Notes under the pieces: model-generated | What the model was told of the DNA's origin: nothing | What the model saw: the letters and a program-made list of their open reading frames with translations, nothing else | Databases searched by the model: none | Assembly (NCBI RefSeq): GCF_022846255.1 | Contig: NZ_AP025682.1 | Strand: one strand, 5' to 3' | DNA length: 64,000 nucleotides | Source: Escherichia coli | Lineage (GTDB): Bacteria > Pseudomonadota > Gammaproteobacteria > Enterobacterales > Enterobacteriaceae | Translations under genes and position numbers: made by a program | In this document: positions 61,090-64,000 of the stretch, in pieces | Layout of the letters: each line of letters begins with the position of its first letter | How positions within the stretch are numbered: position 1 is the stretch's first letter

Positions 61090-63147
61090 GTGATCGGCAC
61101 CTCGCGCCAGGATGGCTTTATGCACTATCGCAATGTGGTTTGTTTGTTGGCTTGTTCGTTGTTTTTATCGTCGGCATGGGGATGTCGGCTTTCCGCGCCT
61201 GAACATAATATTTACCAGAAACAGGGAAAAGGCGTGGTGTACCTGCGCCCTTATCAGAAAACAAATCTTTCTCTACCTGACGTGAAATACAAGAGATTGC
61301 GTCGTTTACCCAATTTATTAATAGACCCAACAACACTAGACGAATGGGATAAAGAACCTCCTCTGACCGATCTGACAACCGACTACCTCTATGAAGGCGC
61401 ACAAGCCTGGTATCCTCATTATTCCTGGCATAGCGATGGTCGCTATATCCTCTACGCAGGTGAAGTTGTGCAAAACCCTCCCGGCACTCCTCCCGTCGAT
61501 GTCGCCTCGTTCAAGGCATGGGGTGATTTTGCCGCAGATAAACACAGTCTCTATTTCGAAGGCAAGCGCACCGATGACAATGGCGGGGGAAATAGCTTAG
61601 ATATCAAAACACTGCATCAGGTGAAATTCCGTTTCCCCTGGAAACCTGACGTTCTGGGGCTGATATTACGTGACGCTAATTTCTTATATGTTGATGGACA
61701 TCGCCTCGCTGACCCCGAGAGTTTTCGCGTGCTGGCGCAAAAATCCTGGGATCAGCGAGGAAAGTTTTCCACCACGTTTAACCCCTGCGTTGCCGTACCA
61801 TTTGGCCCCTGGGATACATTAGCCCGTACACACACGGAAATGATGATCAACGGCGAACAGCTTGATGCCGACCCGGAGACATTTACTGTCGTACGCTGGA
61901 TGCCCGGTTCGTTATTAACCTGGCGAGATAAAAGCGGCCTGCACCGGAAGGTGCTGAATCAGGGAAATCTGGACAAAGATAGGGCAAATAGCTGCGCGGC
62001 GTTCAATTTGCAGGAACACTCTGTTTCATGGCGCAAAGGGCCTGAATGCCAGCAAGAAGTCCTACCCGGCCTCGATCCAGAACAATTTCACCCTCTTAGT
62101 AATACCGTCGCGCAGTATCAGGACAAACTGTACACCATCAAAAAAACAGAATTTGGCGAAAACAGGCTGGATATCGTCACGCTGGATAATCCTGCTTTGG
62201 TGATTAATAAACGCTTTAACGCGGGAAGAACTCACGGCTATTTACTGACCAAATTACAAGTTCGTGGTGAAGAAGAAGATGGTCTCCAGGTATTCGAGTC
62301 TTCCGGGCCGCTTATCCTGATGGATTATCGTGTTCCTGACGAGCGTGAGGCTCACCTTAGCGATAGCTCCCATTACAAGAAATGGTATGCACACGACGAT
62401 CGTTATGTTTACGCATTCGATGGCTCACAGCTTTGGCGCTACCCAACACCCAATACCAGGGCCGTGCGGGTGAACTGGAAAACCGGACATTCAGGATATG
62501 GCTATTGGGCAGACTACCGTAGTGGAGAGTTAGACGGCAGACTTCTTGAGGATGGTGCGTTTATTCCAACGGGAATCCCCTATAACTCATCCGTTAACAT
62601 TGCTCAATATTCTGCTGGCGAGAGCGCTTTTCTCGTCGGCGAAACCGATGTTAGCTGGCGTAAGCTTCGCTCTACAGACCAGCAATGGAGTCAATGGGGG
62701 AAACTCCGCGATATTGACCCAAAAGCATTTCACCCCATCACCGATCGTATCGCGCAGTACAAAAATACTCTGTACATTGCGAAATTGTCTCCTTTTGGTG
62801 AAGACATCCTGGAAACCCTAACGCTCGACTCTTCTGCACCTTTCCTGAACCAACGCATTAACGCAGGGAAAGACCATGGCTACTTTATGCGCTCTTCCCG
62901 ATTACGCGACGATATTCAAATTTTTGCCATTGATGGACCATTGAAGACCACCGAACGCTTCGCTTATGACAATCGCTATGTTTATACCTGGATCGGTAGC
63001 CAACTTTATCGAACCGCGTCGCCCTGTCCGGCAAAGACACGTAATCTGGATCAGAACATGTTTTCATCCAATGATGACATCATCATCCTGAAGACGGATG
63101 AAGAGTGCCGCAAAGCACCAGACATTGAGCAAACTTTGAAGCCCTGA
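61090..63147 (+). CDS. secreted protein with internal ~110-aa tandem duplication, DKNYY-repeat-like
   Basis: 685-aa ORF; probable start at the second Met (61120, MHYRNVVCLLACSLFLSSAWG signal peptide); duplicated segments FHPLSNTVAQYQDKLYTIKK...DDRYVYAFDGSQLWRYPTP and FHPITDRIAQYKNTLYIAKL...DNRYVYTWIGSQLYRTASP. Confidence 0.7.
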   Translation: MIGTSRQDGFMHYRNVVCLLACSLFLSSAWGCRLSAPEHNIYQKQGKGVVYLRPYQKTNLSLPDVKYKRLRRLPNLLIDPTTLDEWDKEPPLTDLTTDYLYEGAQAWYPHYSWHSDGRYILYAGEVVQNPPGTPPVDVASFKAWGDFAADKHSLYFEGKRTDDNGGGNSLDIKTLHQVKFRFPWKPDVLGLILRDANFLYVDGHRLADPESFRVLAQKSWDQRGKFSTTFNPCVAVPFGPWDTLARTHTEMMINGEQLDADPETFTVVRWMPGSLLTWRDKSGLHRKVLNQGNLDKDRANSCAAFNLQEHSVSWRKGPECQQEVLPGLDPEQFHPLSNTVAQYQDKLYTIKKTEFGENRLDIVTLDNPALVINKRFNAGRTHGYLLTKLQVRGEEEDGLQVFESSGPLILMDYRVPDEREAHLSDSSHYKKWYAHDDRYVYAFDGSQLWRYPTPNTRAVRVNWKTGHSGYGYWADYRSGELDGRLLEDGAFIPTGIPYNSSVNIAQYSAGESAFLVGETDVSWRKLRSTDQQWSQWGKLRDIDPKAFHPITDRIAQYKNTLYIAKLSPFGEDILETLTLDSSAPFLNQRINAGKDHGYFMRSSRLRDDIQIFAIDGPLKTTERFAYDNRYVYTWIGSQLYRTASPCPAKTRNLDQNMFSSNDDIIILKTDEECRKAPDIEQTLKP

Positions 63148-63194
63148 CACCATGCCGCTATACTGCCGCCATCACTTAAAAACAGGATACAACA

Positions 63195-63515
63195 ATGAAC
63201 GACAGTGAATTTCATCGCCTGGCTGATCAACTGTGGCTGACCATTGAAGAACATCTGGACGACTGGGATGGCGACAGCGATATCGACTGTGAAATCAACG
63301 GCGGTGTACTAACCATTACCTTTGAGAACGGCAGCAAAATCATTATCAACCGCCAGGAACCACTGCACCAGGTGTGGCTGGCAACCAAACAGGGTGGCTA
63401 CCATTTTGATCTGAAAGGCGACGAGTGGATTTGCGATCGTAGCGGTGAAACCTTCTGGGATTTGCTGGAACAGGCGGCGACGCAGCAGGCGGGTGAAACA
63501 GTTAGTTTCCGCTAA
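63195..63515 (+). CDS. cyaY: iron-sulfur cluster assembly protein CyaY (frataxin homolog)
   Basis: 106-aa [36 protein letters not shown]... Confidence 0.95.
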
Positions 63516-63554
63516 GATTGCATGCCGGATAAGCCTCGCTTTCCGGCACGTTCA
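63516..63554. terminator. bidirectional hairpin between convergent cyaY and cyaA
   Basis: GCCGGATAAGC-CTCGCTTTCCGGC imperfect stem-loop in the 39-bp gap. Confidence 0.45.
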
Positions 63555-64000
63555 TCACGAAAAATACTGCTGCAACAGCGGCGCGTCATGCTCCTGATTG
63601 GCAGGTGGCATGTTACCGATAGATTTGGTGCGAAACGGAATCACCTGTTCACGACCATCAACCTTCACAATCTGATAGAACTGCGGCAGGTTGAAGTTGA
63701 TGAAGCTTGAGCCGTAGGTGAAACGGTCGTGCGAAGACGAGTAGAAGCGACTGACGTCACGCACCAGTTCCTCTTTGCTGCCTTCGCAGTGGTGATACAC
63801 CTCAACCCGGTTGCTTTCGTCGAGAATGTAGATATTAAAGCCATTCTCGTCTTGCGTTTCTTCGAAGAAAAACTGGATGATCCCTTCGCTGGCAAAGCCG
63901 TCCACCACCGCCGGTAATTTGACGTGATTGGTTTCAACCTGCACTGACAGGCCGTGCAGTTTGTTATGCGAAATAGCGCCATAAAACTCGATGGCGTTTT
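63555..64000 (-). CDS. cyaA: adenylate cyclase, 3' end (gene continues beyond the window end)
   Basis: Minus-strand frame ending at 63555, convergent with cyaY as in E. coli; the ORF track shows only the part from an internal Met. Confidence 0.8.
   Translation of the reverse strand, partial: NAIEFYGAISHNKLHGLSVQVETNHVKLPAVVDGFASEGIIQFFFEETQDENGFNIYILDESNRVEVYHHCEGSKEELVRDVSRFYSSSHDRFTYGSSFINFNLPQFYQIVKVDGREQVIPFRTKSIGNMPPANQEHDAPLLQQYFS

Overview
This window reads as an Escherichia coli-type chromosome segment (K-12 map region rrnA to cyaA, about 86-87 min), in reverse orientation to the K-12 map. It opens inside the rrnA-type rRNA operon (23S partial, tRNA-Ala, tRNA-Ile, 16S, P1/P2 promoters, all on the minus strand), then runs through conserved core genes: hemG-trkH-yigZ-pepQ, fadBA, fre, ubiD, rfaH, tatDCBA, ubiB-ubiJ-ubiE, rmuC, udp, dlhH, metE/metR, yigM, yigL, pldB, rhtB, rhtC, recQ, pldA, yigI, rarD, corA, yigE, uvrD, yigB, xerC, yigA, dapF, yifL, cyaY and the 3' end of cyaA. 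All calls rest on reading the supplied ORF translations and nucleotide motifs; no database search was run. Against my recollection of K-12 gene order, five blocks are extra: (1) a ~5.7 kb six-gene module between rmuC and udp (IclR regulator, DgoK-like kinase, DgoA-like aldolase, TctCBA transporter); (2) a ~8.5 kb eight-gene module between dlhH and metE (isochorismatase-family hydrolase, YlbF-like, FdrA-like, YlbE/DUF1116-like, carbamate kinase, GGCT-like protein, NCS1 permease, LysR regulator); (3) an Rpn/YhgA-like PD-(D/E)XK nuclease gene between rhtB and rhtC; (4) a signal-peptide-bearing DUF62 SAM-hydroxide-adenosyltransferase-like gene between yigE and uvrD; (5) a 685-aa secreted protein with an internal tandem duplication between yifL and cyaY. 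The best candidates for an undescribed system are modules (2) and (1), both metabolic rather than defence-like; none of the islands carries an integrase, and none abuts a tRNA gene or shows flanking direct repeats.
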